Source: Massilibacillus sp. (GTDB lineage: Bacteria > Bacillota > Negativicutes > JARBTT01). Taken from it: a stretch of DNA of 60,071 nt. A program made the position numbers and the translations under genes. The notes beneath the pieces are model-generated. The model had not been told where the DNA came from. It did not search any database and saw only the letters and a list, made by a program, of their open reading frames with translations. Shown piece after piece: positions 15,746-25,682 of this stretch (within the stretch, counting starts at the first letter, position 1; every line of letters starts with the position of its first letter). The stretch covers positions 1 to 60,071 of the forward strand of contig JARBTT010000001.1 of assembly GCA_029240055.1 (NCBI GenBank), written 5' to 3'.

Positions 15746-17026
15746 ATGAATCGATTCAATAAAGCAGATCGCCTACTTGGCACTATTTTCATATTATTTA
15801 TCGTAGTGCTATTTTTAAAAATACAGTATCAGCATAGTGTGTTTATCGAAGGCGCATTCTTTTGTACGGAAGCTGCTTTGGTTGGGGGAATTGCCGATTG
15901 GTTTGCAGTCACCGCCTTATTTAAAAAACCGTTAGGTTTTTCTTATCATACAGAGCTTATTCCCCGTAAGCGTAAAATGTTGATTCAGGCTTGTGTGGCG
16001 ATGGTACAAAATGAATTTTTTTCTAAGAAAAAACTCATGACCAGATTAAAGAAAGTAAGCTTAGTCGATATGTTACTCCTTTGGGTAGAACAAAATCAAG
16101 GCAAAGAATTATTCTCTGGTCTTATGATCGAATTTATCGAACAATCGTTGATGAAAATTGATGCTGAAAAAATTGCGCTTAAATTGGAACAAGAGGTAAA
16201 AGGTAGTTTGCAAAAAATTCCGTTAGAAGATTTATCAAGGAAGCTATGGCAATGGGGAATTGATCATCAGAAAGAGGAACAGTTGTTCAATTATCTTCTT
16301 GCTGAACTGAAAATTTTACTTAAAGGAGAAGAAACAAAACAAAAAATTTCTGACTATATTGAACGCTATGTCGAAGAGCAAAGTAAGAATCTTTTATTTG
16401 CACTCGTTGCTTTCGCTGCGCAAAAGACAGATATCATCAACTATGAAGAAGTGGCAGAGGTAGTGGATGAACAATTATTAAAATTTGTTGAAGACCTAGA
16501 GAATGAAGATAACCCACTGCGTCAATGGTTATTTGTGAAAATCAAAGATTCGATGGATGAATTACTAGTAGATGATAGTTGGCAGAACATGATACAAGTT
16601 TGGCAAACTGGTATTATAGAAAAGCTTTCATTGCAGGCTGAATTGGCAAGCTTTATTGAACGGATGGTGGAACTTTGTAAGCGTTGTCCAAATGCAGAAA
16701 TGGGAAGTACCCTCGCATTTCAATCACCAATTGCAAAATTTGTCACAGATGAGATTGATAGGGGCTTAGCAATCTTAAAGAATGATGATGACGTGAATCA
16801 AGAAGTTGAAGCTTATTTATATGATCTTGTCGGCCGAATTGTACTGCAAGCGCAAGCTTTAATTGGCGTTATTGTAAATGAAGTGATGAAGGAGCTGAGT
16901 GATAAAGAACTCAATGAGCTCATTTATTCTAAAGTAGATCAAGATTTGACATGGATTAGAATGAATGGTTCTATCGTCGGTGCATTGCTAGGATTTTTAA
17001 TATTTTTTGTTATGCAAGTTCTTTAG
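15746..17026 (+). CDS. DUF445-family membrane protein, copy 2
   Basis: Motif GGIADWFAVTALFKKPLG and C-terminal MNGSIVGALLGFLIF. Starts 1 nt after the stop of copy 1. Confidence 0.75.
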   Translation: MNRFNKADRLLGTIFILFIVVLFLKIQYQHSVFIEGAFFCTEAALVGGIADWFAVTALFKKPLGFSYHTELIPRKRKMLIQACVAMVQNEFFSKKKLMTRLKKVSLVDMLLLWVEQNQGKELFSGLMIEFIEQSLMKIDAEKIALKLEQEVKGSLQKIPLEDLSRKLWQWGIDHQKEEQLFNYLLAELKILLKGEETKQKISDYIERYVEEQSKNLLFALVAFAAQKTDIINYEEVAEVVDEQLLKFVEDLENEDNPLRQWLFVKIKDSMDELLVDDSWQNMIQVWQTGIIEKLSLQAELASFIERMVELCKRCPNAEMGSTLAFQSPIAKFVTDEIDRGLAILKNDDDVNQEVEAYLYDLVGRIVLQAQALIGVIVNEVMKELSDKELNELIYSKVDQDLTWIRMNGSIVGALLGFLIFFVMQVL

Positions 17027-17033
17027 TTTATGA

Positions 17034-17630
17034 GTGGAGGTGAATCGTTTGCAAGGCTATATTCAAGTTTATACGGGCAATGGTAAGGGGAAAACAACGG
17101 CAGCAATCGGACTCGCAATTCGTGCCTTAGGGGCGGGAAAGAAAATTTTATTTTTGCAATTTATGAAAAGTAAGGTATATAGCGAACATGCAATCTTAGT
17201 AAATTTATCTGATAATCTAACCTTAGAAACGACTGGTAAACCATTTTTTATCGTCAAGGAAGGGATGCTCAATAAAGCTGAACTAGCAAAATGGGGCGAT
17301 GATATTGTGGTATTTCCACCTGGTAAGCCGCCGACTGATTATTTAGCTTTGATGAAAACAGGCATTGTTAGAGCGAAAGAGGCTGTAACAAGTGGGCAGT
17401 ACGACATCGTTATTTTGGACGAAATCAATGTGGCGCTATTCTTTGGACTTATTTCACTATCTGATGTGCAAGATATTTTGGCGAGTAAGTTAGCAACTGT
17501 TGAGGTTGTATTAACGGGGCGCGGTGCACCACAAGAAATCATAGATTGTGCTGATTTGGTAACTGAGATGCAAGAGGTAAAGCATTATTATGCCAAAGGG
17601 ATAGAAGCACGCCTTGGCATTGAAAACTAA
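17034..17630 (+). CDS. cobO: Cob(I)yrinic acid a,c-diamide (corrinoid) adenosyltransferase, CobA/CobO/BtuR family
   Basis: GYIQVYTGNGKGKTTAAIGLAIRALGAG P-loop and ILDE motif. Alternative TTG start at 17049, 8 nt after GGAGG. Confidence 0.85.
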   Translation: MEVNRLQGYIQVYTGNGKGKTTAAIGLAIRALGAGKKILFLQFMKSKVYSEHAILVNLSDNLTLETTGKPFFIVKEGMLNKAELAKWGDDIVVFPPGKPPTDYLALMKTGIVRAKEAVTSGQYDIVILDEINVALFFGLISLSDVQDILASKLATVEVVLTGRGAPQEIIDCADLVTEMQEVKHYYAKGIEARLGIEN

Positions 17631-17633
17631 AAA

Positions 17634-17678
17634 GGATAGCACTCATTTCAGCTTGATTGAAGTAGTGTTATCTTTTTG
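17634..17678 (+). terminator. Intrinsic terminator after cobO
   Basis: GGATAGCACT...AGTGTTATCT (two G-U pairs) followed by TTTTT. Confidence 0.5.
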
Positions 17679-17752
17679 CATATTTTAAGCAAAATCGGAT
17701 ACGTTGTATAGTAAGAGTGTAATCACAACGTTAGATGATTGGAGCGCACTGT

Positions 17753-19219
17753 ATGGATCTTTTTAGTATGAACATATGGTTGGTTTTTATTATAGGAGCA
17801 AATTTTATATTTGTTGTTTTTACCTTGTGTATTGAGCGGAAAAACCCGACGTTGGCTTTGAGTTGGATTTTGACGTTGACTTTTTTACCAGTCATAGGCT
17901 TTGTGTTATATTTACTTTTTGGTAGCAATGTATTAATCCGGAAAAAGAAAACATTGGATGATAAACGACATAATGATACGCAATATATGAAAAAAATCAT
18001 GCGAAAGATTGAGTTGCGTGATGAGGCAAATCAATTTAAAGAGGAAGTGCAGATTGAAAGTGATTATCAACAATTTGTTAACCTCAATCTTAATATAGGA
18101 AAAAGCCATTATACAACGGATAATGATGTTGATATTTTTATTACAGCAAAGGATAAATATCGCCAATTGATTCAGGATATTGAAAATGCTAAAACTAGCA
18201 TTCATATGCTTTACTTTATCATTCGAAATGACAGGATTGGCAGGATGATTATTCAGGTATTGGCTCGAAAGGCGAGGGCGGGGGTAAAAGTCAGAGTCCT
18301 TTATGATCATGCCGGCTGTATGTTAACACCAGTAAATACCTTTCAACCGTTACTTGATAGTGGTGCTGAGGTAGAAAGGTTTTTTCCGATGAATGTTGGC
18401 AATTATCTGAGAATTAACTTTCGTAATCACCGCAAAATTGTTGTGATTGATGGTGCAATTGGCTATTTGGGCGGGATGAATATTGGTGATGAATATATGG
18501 GCTTATTACAAGACAATGCGCCGTGGCGTGATACGCATCTTAGAATTATGGGAAGTAGTGTGTATTTACTCCAGATGAGATTTATTGATGATTGGCATTT
18601 TGCAACGCATTATCGTTATCGTAATCAATTTGATGATATCGAATGCTTTTTCCCAAAATTTACAAAACAAGGCAGTACAAAAATGCAGATTGTATCGAGT
18701 GGACCAGATACGATGGAAGAAGAAATTAAATGGAATTTTGTTAAGTTAATTTACACGGCAAAAAACTATATTTATATTCAGACGCCCTATTTTGTGCCGG
18801 ATGATTGTTTTTTAGAAGCATTAAAAATTGCAGCGATGTCAGGCATAAAGATCACCATCATGGCACCATCTAAAACGGATAATATCATTGCGCATAAAGT
18901 GACGATTGCTTATCTGGGTGAGCTACTTTCTTATGGAATTGAGGTGTTTTTTTACCCGGGATTTCTTCACGCAAAAATGTTATTAATTGATGAAGAAATT
19001 GTATCGATTGGTTCGGCGAATATGGATATGCGAAGCTTTGCCTTAAACTTCGAAGTAAATGCCTTTATGTATGGCAGGAGCATTAGCAAGCGTTGCGCAG
19101 ATATTTTTCGCAACGATTTAAGGATAGCGAGTCGATTTACGGCAGAAGAGTATAATAAGCGAGGACGGCTAACGAGAATGCAAGAAGGCGTATATCGTCT
19201 GATCGCTCCTTTGTTATAA
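17753..19219 (+). CDS. cls: Cardiolipin synthase (PLD superfamily)
   Basis: Two N-terminal TM helices and two HKD motifs (HRKIVVIDG..GGMNIGDEY and HAKMLLIDE..GSANMDMRS). Start at ATG 17753 behind GGAG. Confidence 0.9.
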   Translation: MDLFSMNIWLVFIIGANFIFVVFTLCIERKNPTLALSWILTLTFLPVIGFVLYLLFGSNVLIRKKKTLDDKRHNDTQYMKKIMRKIELRDEANQFKEEVQIESDYQQFVNLNLNIGKSHYTTDNDVDIFITAKDKYRQLIQDIENAKTSIHMLYFIIRNDRIGRMIIQVLARKARAGVKVRVLYDHAGCMLTPVNTFQPLLDSGAEVERFFPMNVGNYLRINFRNHRKIVVIDGAIGYLGGMNIGDEYMGLLQDNAPWRDTHLRIMGSSVYLLQMRFIDDWHFATHYRYRNQFDDIECFFPKFTKQGSTKMQIVSSGPDTMEEEIKWNFVKLIYTAKNYIYIQTPYFVPDDCFLEALKIAAMSGIKITIMAPSKTDNIIAHKVTIAYLGELLSYGIEVFFYPGFLHAKMLLIDEEIVSIGSANMDMRSFALNFEVNAFMYGRSISKRCADIFRNDLRIASRFTAEEYNKRGRLTRMQEGVYRLIAPLL

Positions 19220-19243
19220 GGAGCCAATATAGTTTTTTATACA

Positions 19244-19285
19244 AAAAGGGAGCAACTGCATTCTCATGTGCAGTTGCTCCCTTTT
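19244..19285. terminator. Bidirectional intrinsic terminator between cls and the MFS gene
   Basis: AAAAGGGAGCAACTGCA-N8-TGCAGTTGCTCCCTTTT, 17-bp perfect arms. Confidence 0.85.
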
Positions 19286-19292
19286 GAATTCG

Positions 19293-20552
19293 TTATAGGT
19301 TGCCTGATTTTTGAGTTTTATTACTAAGATCGGTGATGTTTAGAGGCTGTGCTGTTGGATATAAATTTGTTTTATGTACAGCATTGGCATTGCGACCGTA
19401 GATGAAATAGTATAACACAAGAATACAAAGCGTGAATGGTACTAAAATGAGATATATCATACTATAGCCCAAAAGTGGCGCCATGGCACCAAGGAGATAA
19501 GCGCCGGTTGCAAGGCCCAAATCTAAGCAAGTAAAATAGGTTGCAGTGACAATGCTAACACGTTTTGGTGAAGAAGCTTTGAGTGCCAGTGTTTGTATTG
19601 TTGGCACGATTACGCCATAACCAATACCGATAAAAGCGGCAGATACCATCATACTAAAGAAACCACTCGTATAGGAAAGAATCAATAGTCCTATGGCAAG
19701 GAATAGGAAGCAAGGATAAAGCACAATATTTGCACCAAAGCGATCTAATATTTTACCACTAACCAAGCGAATTAATAGTGAGAACATTGCCATTACAACA
19801 AAGTAATAGCTACTAGCATTGATAATGTGTAATTGATTTGCATAAACAGCCACAAAAGAAAGAACACCAGAATAAGCAATCGATGTTAGTAAGGTAACAA
19901 TGCAAATTGGTATGACTGGCATTTCAAGAATATCTTGCAAGGTAAAAGAGTAAAGTGATGATTTTTCAGCGGTTTTTTCACTGTTCATATCAATAAATGG
20001 TAATAAAATAAAGCCTAGAAAAGTAAGTACAGTGCAAAAAATAAAAACTGCATTATAATTCAGCTCATGAGCAATATAAAGACCGATAAAAGGACCAATG
20101 GCGGACCCAGCGGTAATAACGGTGGTTAAATAAGAGATCCCTTCACCTTTCCGTGAGTCTGGGGCGAATTGACACCCGAGGGCCATAATGGCTGTATTGA
20201 TGGTGGCAAAACAGATACCACCAAAAAAGCGAATACCTAAAATAGCATAAAGATTTGTGGTAAACATCAGTAAGCCATTGGCAATTAAGAACATAAAGCA
20301 GCTAGCTTTAATCGTCATTTTTGTACCAAACACATTTTCAAGACGGGCTGTCTGGGTACGGAATAATACAGAAGCCAGCAAGAAGACAGCGTTTGATAAA
20401 CCTGCTATTTGCATAGAGCCTTGTAAATCTTCAACGATATAAAGCGGTAAAATTGGTAAATATAAAGAATATGGGACAAAAATTAATAGCATAGCGAGTA
20501 TAGTGATATTGTAATTTTTAGTCCAGAGTGGCTCTTTGATCAGTGGTTGCAT
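19293..20552 (-). CDS. MFS transporter (12 TM), likely efflux partner of the adjacent MarR regulator
   Basis: 419 aa, highly hydrophobic with MFS-type topology. Start ATG directly follows the marR stop (TGAATG). Confidence 0.85.
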   Translation of the reverse strand: MQPLIKEPLWTKNYNITILAMLLIFVPYSLYLPILPLYIVEDLQGSMQIAGLSNAVFLLASVLFRTQTARLENVFGTKMTIKASCFMFLIANGLLMFTTNLYAILGIRFFGGICFATINTAIMALGCQFAPDSRKGEGISYLTTVITAGSAIGPFIGLYIAHELNYNAVFIFCTVLTFLGFILLPFIDMNSEKTAEKSSLYSFTLQDILEMPVIPICIVTLLTSIAYSGVLSFVAVYANQLHIINASSYYFVVMAMFSLLIRLVSGKILDRFGANIVLYPCFLFLAIGLLILSYTSGFFSMMVSAAFIGIGYGVIVPTIQTLALKASSPKRVSIVTATYFTCLDLGLATGAYLLGAMAPLLGYSMIYLILVPFTLCILVLYYFIYGRNANAVHKTNLYPTAQPLNITDLSNKTQKSGNL

Positions 20553-20996
20553 TCATGCATCTCCTTTGAATACCTGTGTGAAATTTTCAGCATTTTTATA
20601 AATTTTTGTTAATAGATCATATAACTGTTTTTGTTCTGCTTGGCTAGTATTTGCTAATAGTGCTTCACGATGCTTGGCAACGAGCGTTTGCCAAGTCGGA
20701 TATTTCTCTAAAGCCAATAGAGTGAGAAAAACTATTTTTTCACGTTTATCTAGGCCTTCTTTACGGTCTATGTAGCCCTTTTTCTCCAACTTAACTACTG
20801 TTTTTGAAATAGCAGCAGGTTCGATACTTAGGTAGTTGGCTAATTCTTTTTGTGAAATATTTTTTTTGTGATATAAAGTCGTGATGATAGACCATTCGGA
20901 GCTATAAATACCGTGCGGCTCTAATATAAAATTTAAGCCACTGCCAATACTACGGACCGATTGATGTAACACATGAACTAAACGATCTGAATCCAT
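20553..20996 (-). CDS. MarR-family transcriptional regulator
   Basis: 147 aa. Winged-HTH segment ISQKELANYLSIEPAAISKTVVKLEKKGYIDRK. Confidence 0.85.
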   Translation of the reverse strand: MDSDRLVHVLHQSVRSIGSGLNFILEPHGIYSSEWSIITTLYHKKNISQKELANYLSIEPAAISKTVVKLEKKGYIDRKEGLDKREKIVFLTLLALEKYPTWQTLVAKHREALLANTSQAEQKQLYDLLTKIYKNAENFTQVFKGDA

Positions 20997-21037
20997 TAAA
21001 ATTGTAATTCCTCCTTACAATAAACCACATAAATAGT

Positions 21038-21049
21038 TAACTAGTTAAT
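21038..21049. promoter_or_regulatory. Perfect palindrome TTAACTAGTTAA upstream of the marR-MFS operon (candidate MarR operator)
   Basis: Read directly, embedded in TAGTTAACTAGTTAATTAAC about 40 nt upstream of the marR start. Confidence 0.45.
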
Positions 21050-21121
21050 TAACGATGTTAATCATTTTACTATTTTAAATAAATTTTGTCAATAATAATA
21101 AAATAGTTATAGAGTGAGAAA

Positions 21122-21140
21122 TCTTTACAATTTCTTTACA
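21122..21140 (+). promoter_or_regulatory. Direct repeat TCTTTACA-N3-TCTTTACA (11-bp period): candidate KdpE box upstream of kdpFABC
   Basis: Repeats at 21122-21129 and 21133-21140, a third partial copy (TCTTTAC) at 21165-21171, and a TATAAT -10 at 21184-21189. Confidence 0.5.
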
Positions 21141-21221
21141 TCTATAGATTAATTACTGACGCCATCTTTACTGCAAATGGATTTATAATATAGACATAAA
21201 GTTGAGAGGGGGATAATTGGT

Positions 21222-21308
21222 GTGAATGATTTATGGTTAGCTGCCATTTTGTCTGGAGGAATATTTGTTTATTTAGTTTATGTTTTAATGAAACCGGAGG
21301 AATTTTAG
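21222..21308 (+). CDS. kdpF: K+-transporting ATPase subunit F (28 aa; not in the ORF track)
   Basis: GTG start 6 nt after GAGAGGGGGA. Translation MNDLWLAAILSGGIFVYLVYVLMKPEEF is a single TM with the LVY..L.PE.F ending typical of KdpF. Its stop lies 1 nt before the kdpA ATG. Confidence 0.8.
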   Translation: MNDLWLAAILSGGIFVYLVYVLMKPEEF

Positions 21309-21309
21309 C

Positions 21310-23016
21310 ATGTTTAATGATATTTTTTTGTTTGTTACTTTTATAGCAGTGCTTATCGCGATGGCTTTCCCATTAGGGAACTACATGGCGAAAGTATTTT
21401 ATGGAGAAAACGAAAAACTAGGGAAATTATTTTTGCCAATAGAAAAGTTAATTTATCGTTTTGCTGGTGTTAATGAAAATAAAGAGATGAATTGGCGGCA
21501 GTATGCAGTAGCACTTATTTTATTTAATGTGTTAGGAACAGTACTGGTGTTTATTGTTCAGCTTACGCAACAACTCTTACCATTCAATCCGCAGAATTTT
21601 GAATCAGTAGGAACTTGGTATTTGGCATTAAATACTGCCATAAGCTTTATGACTAATACCAATTGGCAAGCGTACAGCGGTGAGTCAAGTTTAAGTTATT
21701 TTACCCAAATGATTGGGCTGACTGTCCAGAATTTTTTATCGGCAGCAACAGGCTGTGCTGTGGCAGTTGCGTTTATTAGAGGGCTAACACGAAAAACAAC
21801 AAACCTTATTGGGAATTTTTGGCATGATTTAGTGCGCTGTACAGTCCGGATATTATTGCCAATTTCTATTTTACTTACCATTGTATTCGTACAGCAAGGC
21901 GTCGTTCAAAATTTAGATGCGTATCAAACGGTACAAACAGCTCAAGGCACAGAGCAAACAATCGCAATGGGGCCAGTAGCTTCCCAAGAAGCAATCAAAA
22001 TGTTAGGGACAAATGGCGGTGGATTCTTTAATGCGAATTCCGCCCATCCATTTGAAAATCCGACCCCTTTGACTAATTTTGTACAAATGTTAGCAATCTT
22101 TGTGGTTCCATTGGGTTTAGTCTTTATGTTTGGCATCATGACAGAAAATAAAAAGCAAGGTTTTGCGATTGCAGGGGCAATGATTATTTTATTTGTGATG
22201 ATGCTTGGTATCAATTATTATAGTGAGCTAAATGGTAATCCAATGATTGCCCAAATGAATATAGGCGAACCGACTTCGATGGAAGGAAAAGAGGTTCGCT
22301 TTGGTTTAGGAGCTTCTTCTTTATTTACGACGGTTACTACAGCTGCTTCTTGTGGTGCAGTAAATAATATGCATGATAGTTTAACGCCACTTGGTGGTTT
22401 TGTACCATTGCTACAAATGATGCTCGGTGAAATTGTTTTTGGTGGTGCTGGTGCTGGTTTTTATGGCATGATGGTATACGTCATGATAACAGTATTTATT
22501 GTTGGCTTGATGGTGGGTAGAACACCAGAATATCTGGGGAAAAAGATTGAAGCAAGAGAAATGAAATGGGTAATGATTGCCTTGCTTATTCCCTCAGTAA
22601 CGATTTTATTATTTAGTGCAATCGCTTCAGTAGTTGACGCTGGTCTAGCTGGGTTAAATAATGACGGTCCACATGGTCTTAGCGAAATTTTGTATGGCTT
22701 TACTTCGGCAGCTGCGAATAATGGTAGTGCGTTTGCAGGGTTAACGGCAAATACAGTATTTTATGATCTGATGCTGGGTATTGCGATGTTACTTGGACGG
22801 TTTGGAGTGATTATTCCGATGTTGGCAGTAGCGGGCAGTATGGCCGAAAAGAAAACAGCACCGATCAGCTTAGGTACATTTGAAACAACGAGTATAACGT
22901 TTATGGTATTGTTAGTGGGAATAATATTGATTGTTGGTGCATTGACATTTTTACCAGCATTATCGTTAGGCCCAATTGTAGAACATGTATTAATGTTACA
23001 AGGAATTACATTTTAA
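21310..23016 (+). CDS. kdpA: K+-transporting ATPase subunit A
   Basis: 568 aa polytopic protein with characteristic segments NTNWQAYSGE, LGTNGGGF, AAANNGSAF. Confidence 0.95.
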   Translation: MFNDIFLFVTFIAVLIAMAFPLGNYMAKVFYGENEKLGKLFLPIEKLIYRFAGVNENKEMNWRQYAVALILFNVLGTVLVFIVQLTQQLLPFNPQNFESVGTWYLALNTAISFMTNTNWQAYSGESSLSYFTQMIGLTVQNFLSAATGCAVAVAFIRGLTRKTTNLIGNFWHDLVRCTVRILLPISILLTIVFVQQGVVQNLDAYQTVQTAQGTEQTIAMGPVASQEAIKMLGTNGGGFFNANSAHPFENPTPLTNFVQMLAIFVVPLGLVFMFGIMTENKKQGFAIAGAMIILFVMMLGINYYSELNGNPMIAQMNIGEPTSMEGKEVRFGLGASSLFTTVTTAASCGAVNNMHDSLTPLGGFVPLLQMMLGEIVFGGAGAGFYGMMVYVMITVFIVGLMVGRTPEYLGKKIEAREMKWVMIALLIPSVTILLFSAIASVVDAGLAGLNNDGPHGLSEILYGFTSAAANNGSAFAGLTANTVFYDLMLGIAMLLGRFGVIIPMLAVAGSMAEKKTAPISLGTFETTSITFMVLLVGIILIVGALTFLPALSLGPIVEHVLMLQGITF

Positions 23017-23031
23017 AGGAGCGTACAGCAT

Positions 23032-25065
23032 ATGAATGCGCAAAAAAATAGTCTTGATACAAAAATAATAACCGCGGCAATTGGCGATTCGTTTAAAAAA
23101 CTCCATCCCGCCGTTCAAATAAAAAGTCCTGTTATGTTCATTGTTTATATCGGAGCAATACTCACGACGTATATAGCAATTCGTGAAGCTATCAGTAGCA
23201 CGCAGTCGATTTTTCTTGTGAGTCAAATCAGTGTATGGTTATGGTTTACGGTTTTGTTTGCTAATTTTGCCGAAGCAATCGCTGAGGGGCGTGGCAAAGC
23301 ACAGGCACAATCCCTTAGAACAACACGCAGTCATACCCAAGCAAAAAAACTAGTGAATGAAGCTTGGCAATTGGTAGATGGTGATACGCTAAGAAAAGGC
23401 GATGTATTATTGGTTGAAGCCGGAAGCTTAATTCCGAGTGATGGTGAAATTATTGAAGGAATGGCAACCGTTGATGAAAGTGCAGTGACAGGAGAATCAG
23501 CACCGGTCATTCGTGAATCAGGTGGAGACAAATCCTCTGTAACTGGTGGTACGAGAGTATTATCAGACTGGATTAAAGTCAAGGTTACGGCAAACCCTGG
23601 TGAAACTTTTCTTGATCGTATGATTAGTTTAGTCGAAGGGGCAAAACGACAAAAAACCCCAAATGAAATTGCATTGACCATTTTACTGGTTAGCTTATCA
23701 ATTATATTTTTAGTGGCAGTTGTGACGATTGAACCGTTTGCGATTTATTCGGGAACAACCATTCCGGTTACCATGTTAATGGCACTGCTTGTTTGTTTAA
23801 TTCCCACAACGATTGGTGGCTTGTTAAGTTCAATTGGTATCGCCGGTATGGATCGACTACTGAAACGTAATGTACTAGCGATGTCTGGCAGGGCAGTGGA
23901 AGCTGCTGGTGATGTCAATGTACTTTTATTAGATAAGACTGGTACGATTACATTAGGGAATAGAATGGCTACTGAATTTATTCCGGCAGTTGGTGTGAGT
24001 GAAGAAGAAATGGCAGATATAGCCCAATTATCTTCACTTGCGGATGAGACACCAGAAGGACGGAGTGTTGTTGTATTAGCGAAAGAACGTTATGGATTAA
24101 GAGAACGTGATTTAAATGCACTACATGCTGAATTTGTACCTTTTACTGCACAAACGCGCATGAGCGGTGTAAATATGGAAAATTTACAAATCCGTAAAGG
24201 TTCAGTGGATGCCATTGAAAAATATACGAAAGAAAAAGGTGGATCTTTACCAGCCGATGTACGTCAAGCCAGTGAACGTATTGCTAAAAGTGGTGGAACT
24301 CCGCTTGTGGTAGCTAAGGGAGAAAAAGTACTTGGTACGATTCATTTAAAAGATATTGTTAAAGGCGGGATTAAAGAACGTTTTCGTGAATTAAGACAAA
24401 TGGGCATAAAAACAGTGATGATTACTGGTGATAACCCACTTACAGCGGCTGCTATTGCGGCTGAAGCAGGGGTAGATGATTTTCTTGCGGAAGCAACGCC
24501 AGAAGCGAAACTAAAAATGATTCGTGACTATCAAGAGCGGGGTATGTTAGTAGCGATGACAGGCGATGGTACCAATGATGCACCAGCATTAGCACAAGCG
24601 GATGTTGGGGTGGCGATGAATAGTGGGACACAAGCCGCTAAAGAAGCTGGGAATATGGTTGACTTAGATTCGAATCCAACGAAATTAATTGAGATTGTGG
24701 AAATAGGAAAACAACTGTTAATGACACGTGGTTCATTGACGACGTTTAGTATTGCAAATGATGTAGCAAAATATTTTGCGATTATCCCAGCGATGTTTGT
24801 AAGTACCTATCCAGCACTTGGCGTATTTAATATTATGCAATTGGCTACACCAGATAGTGCGATTTTAAGTGCAGTGATTTTTAATGCTTTGATTATTATT
24901 GGTTTAATCCCTTTGGCATTGAAAGGTGTTAAATATAAACCTGTTGGTGCGGCAACGATTCTAAGACAAAATTTATTTATTTATGGCTTGGGTGGATTAG
25001 TTGTACCGTTTATTGGCATTAAAATCATTGATATGATTTTAGTGGCGTTAAATATTGTTGGCTGA
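23032..25065 (+). CDS. kdpB: K+-transporting ATPase subunit B (P-type ATPase)
   Basis: DKTGTIT phosphorylation motif, [24 protein letters not shown]. Confidence 0.95.
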   Translation: MNAQKNSLDTKIITAAIGDSFKKLHPAVQIKSPVMFIVYIGAILTTYIAIREAISSTQSIFLVSQISVWLWFTVLFANFAEAIAEGRGKAQAQSLRTTRSHTQAKKLVNEAWQLVDGDTLRKGDVLLVEAGSLIPSDGEIIEGMATVDESAVTGESAPVIRESGGDKSSVTGGTRVLSDWIKVKVTANPGETFLDRMISLVEGAKRQKTPNEIALTILLVSLSIIFLVAVVTIEPFAIYSGTTIPVTMLMALLVCLIPTTIGGLLSSIGIAGMDRLLKRNVLAMSGRAVEAAGDVNVLLLDKTGTITLGNRMATEFIPAVGVSEEEMADIAQLSSLADETPEGRSVVVLAKERYGLRERDLNALHAEFVPFTAQTRMSGVNMENLQIRKGSVDAIEKYTKEKGGSLPADVRQASERIAKSGGTPLVVAKGEKVLGTIHLKDIVKGGIKERFRELRQMGIKTVMITGDNPLTAAAIAAEAGVDDFLAEATPEAKLKMIRDYQERGMLVAMTGDGTNDAPALAQADVGVAMNSGTQAAKEAGNMVDLDSNPTKLIEIVEIGKQLLMTRGSLTTFSIANDVAKYFAIIPAMFVSTYPALGVFNIMQLATPDSAILSAVIFNALIIIGLIPLALKGVKYKPVGAATILRQNLFIYGLGGLVVPFIGIKIIDMILVALNIVG

Positions 25066-25086
25066 TGAAAAGGAGGTTGAAGATAA

Positions 25087-25665
25087 ATGTTGAAAGAAGT
25101 TAATAGTGCGATTAGGATGTTAATACTAATGACTGTGGTATTAGGCGTGATCTATCCTTTGGGGATGACGGGGGTTGCGCAAGTTATATTTCCTGAACAA
25201 GCAAATGGCTCGCTTATTTATAAGCAAGGAAGTTTAGTGGGGTCAAAATTAATTGGACAAAATTTTTCTAGTGAAGGTTATTTTCATGGTCGGCCATCGG
25301 CTGCTGGTGATGATGGCTATGATGCGGCAAGCTCCGCCGGATCAAATTTAGGACCAACGAGTAAAAAGCTATTGTCCAGCATTGCTGAGCGGAGCGAACA
25401 AATACGACTTGAAAATGGCTTAGCCGAAAATGCAATCGTTCCTAGTGATTTGGTTACGGCTTCTGGCAGTGGGCTTGATCCTCATATAACTGTTGCTGCT
25501 GCGCAAATACAAGCACAAAGAGTAGCAAAAGCAAGAAATCTTACCGAAGCGCAAACACTCGCATTAATTGAAAAGAATACCGAAAATCCACAAATCGGAT
25601 TCTTAGGTGAAAAAAGAGTCAATGTACTAAGCTTAAACTTAGCTTTAGATGAAGTAACAAAATAA
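25087..25665 (+). CDS. kdpC: K+-transporting ATPase subunit C
   Basis: 192 aa with an N-terminal TM, GSNLGPTS and SGSGLDPHIT motifs. RBS AAAGGAGG. Confidence 0.9.
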   Translation: MLKEVNSAIRMLILMTVVLGVIYPLGMTGVAQVIFPEQANGSLIYKQGSLVGSKLIGQNFSSEGYFHGRPSAAGDDGYDAASSAGSNLGPTSKKLLSSIAERSEQIRLENGLAENAIVPSDLVTASGSGLDPHITVAAAQIQAQRVAKARNLTEAQTLALIEKNTENPQIGFLGEKRVNVLSLNLALDEVTK

Positions 25666-25682
25666 AAGTTAGGGGTGTGTCT

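Noticed and set aside
21000-21221. Looked for a c-di-AMP (ydaO-type) riboswitch or other structured leader upstream of kdpFABC
   Set aside because: The region is AT-rich with only short direct repeats. It has no long-range pairing or conserved ACGGGGA/CCCG-type blocks, and the promoter lies only ~30 nt from kdpF.
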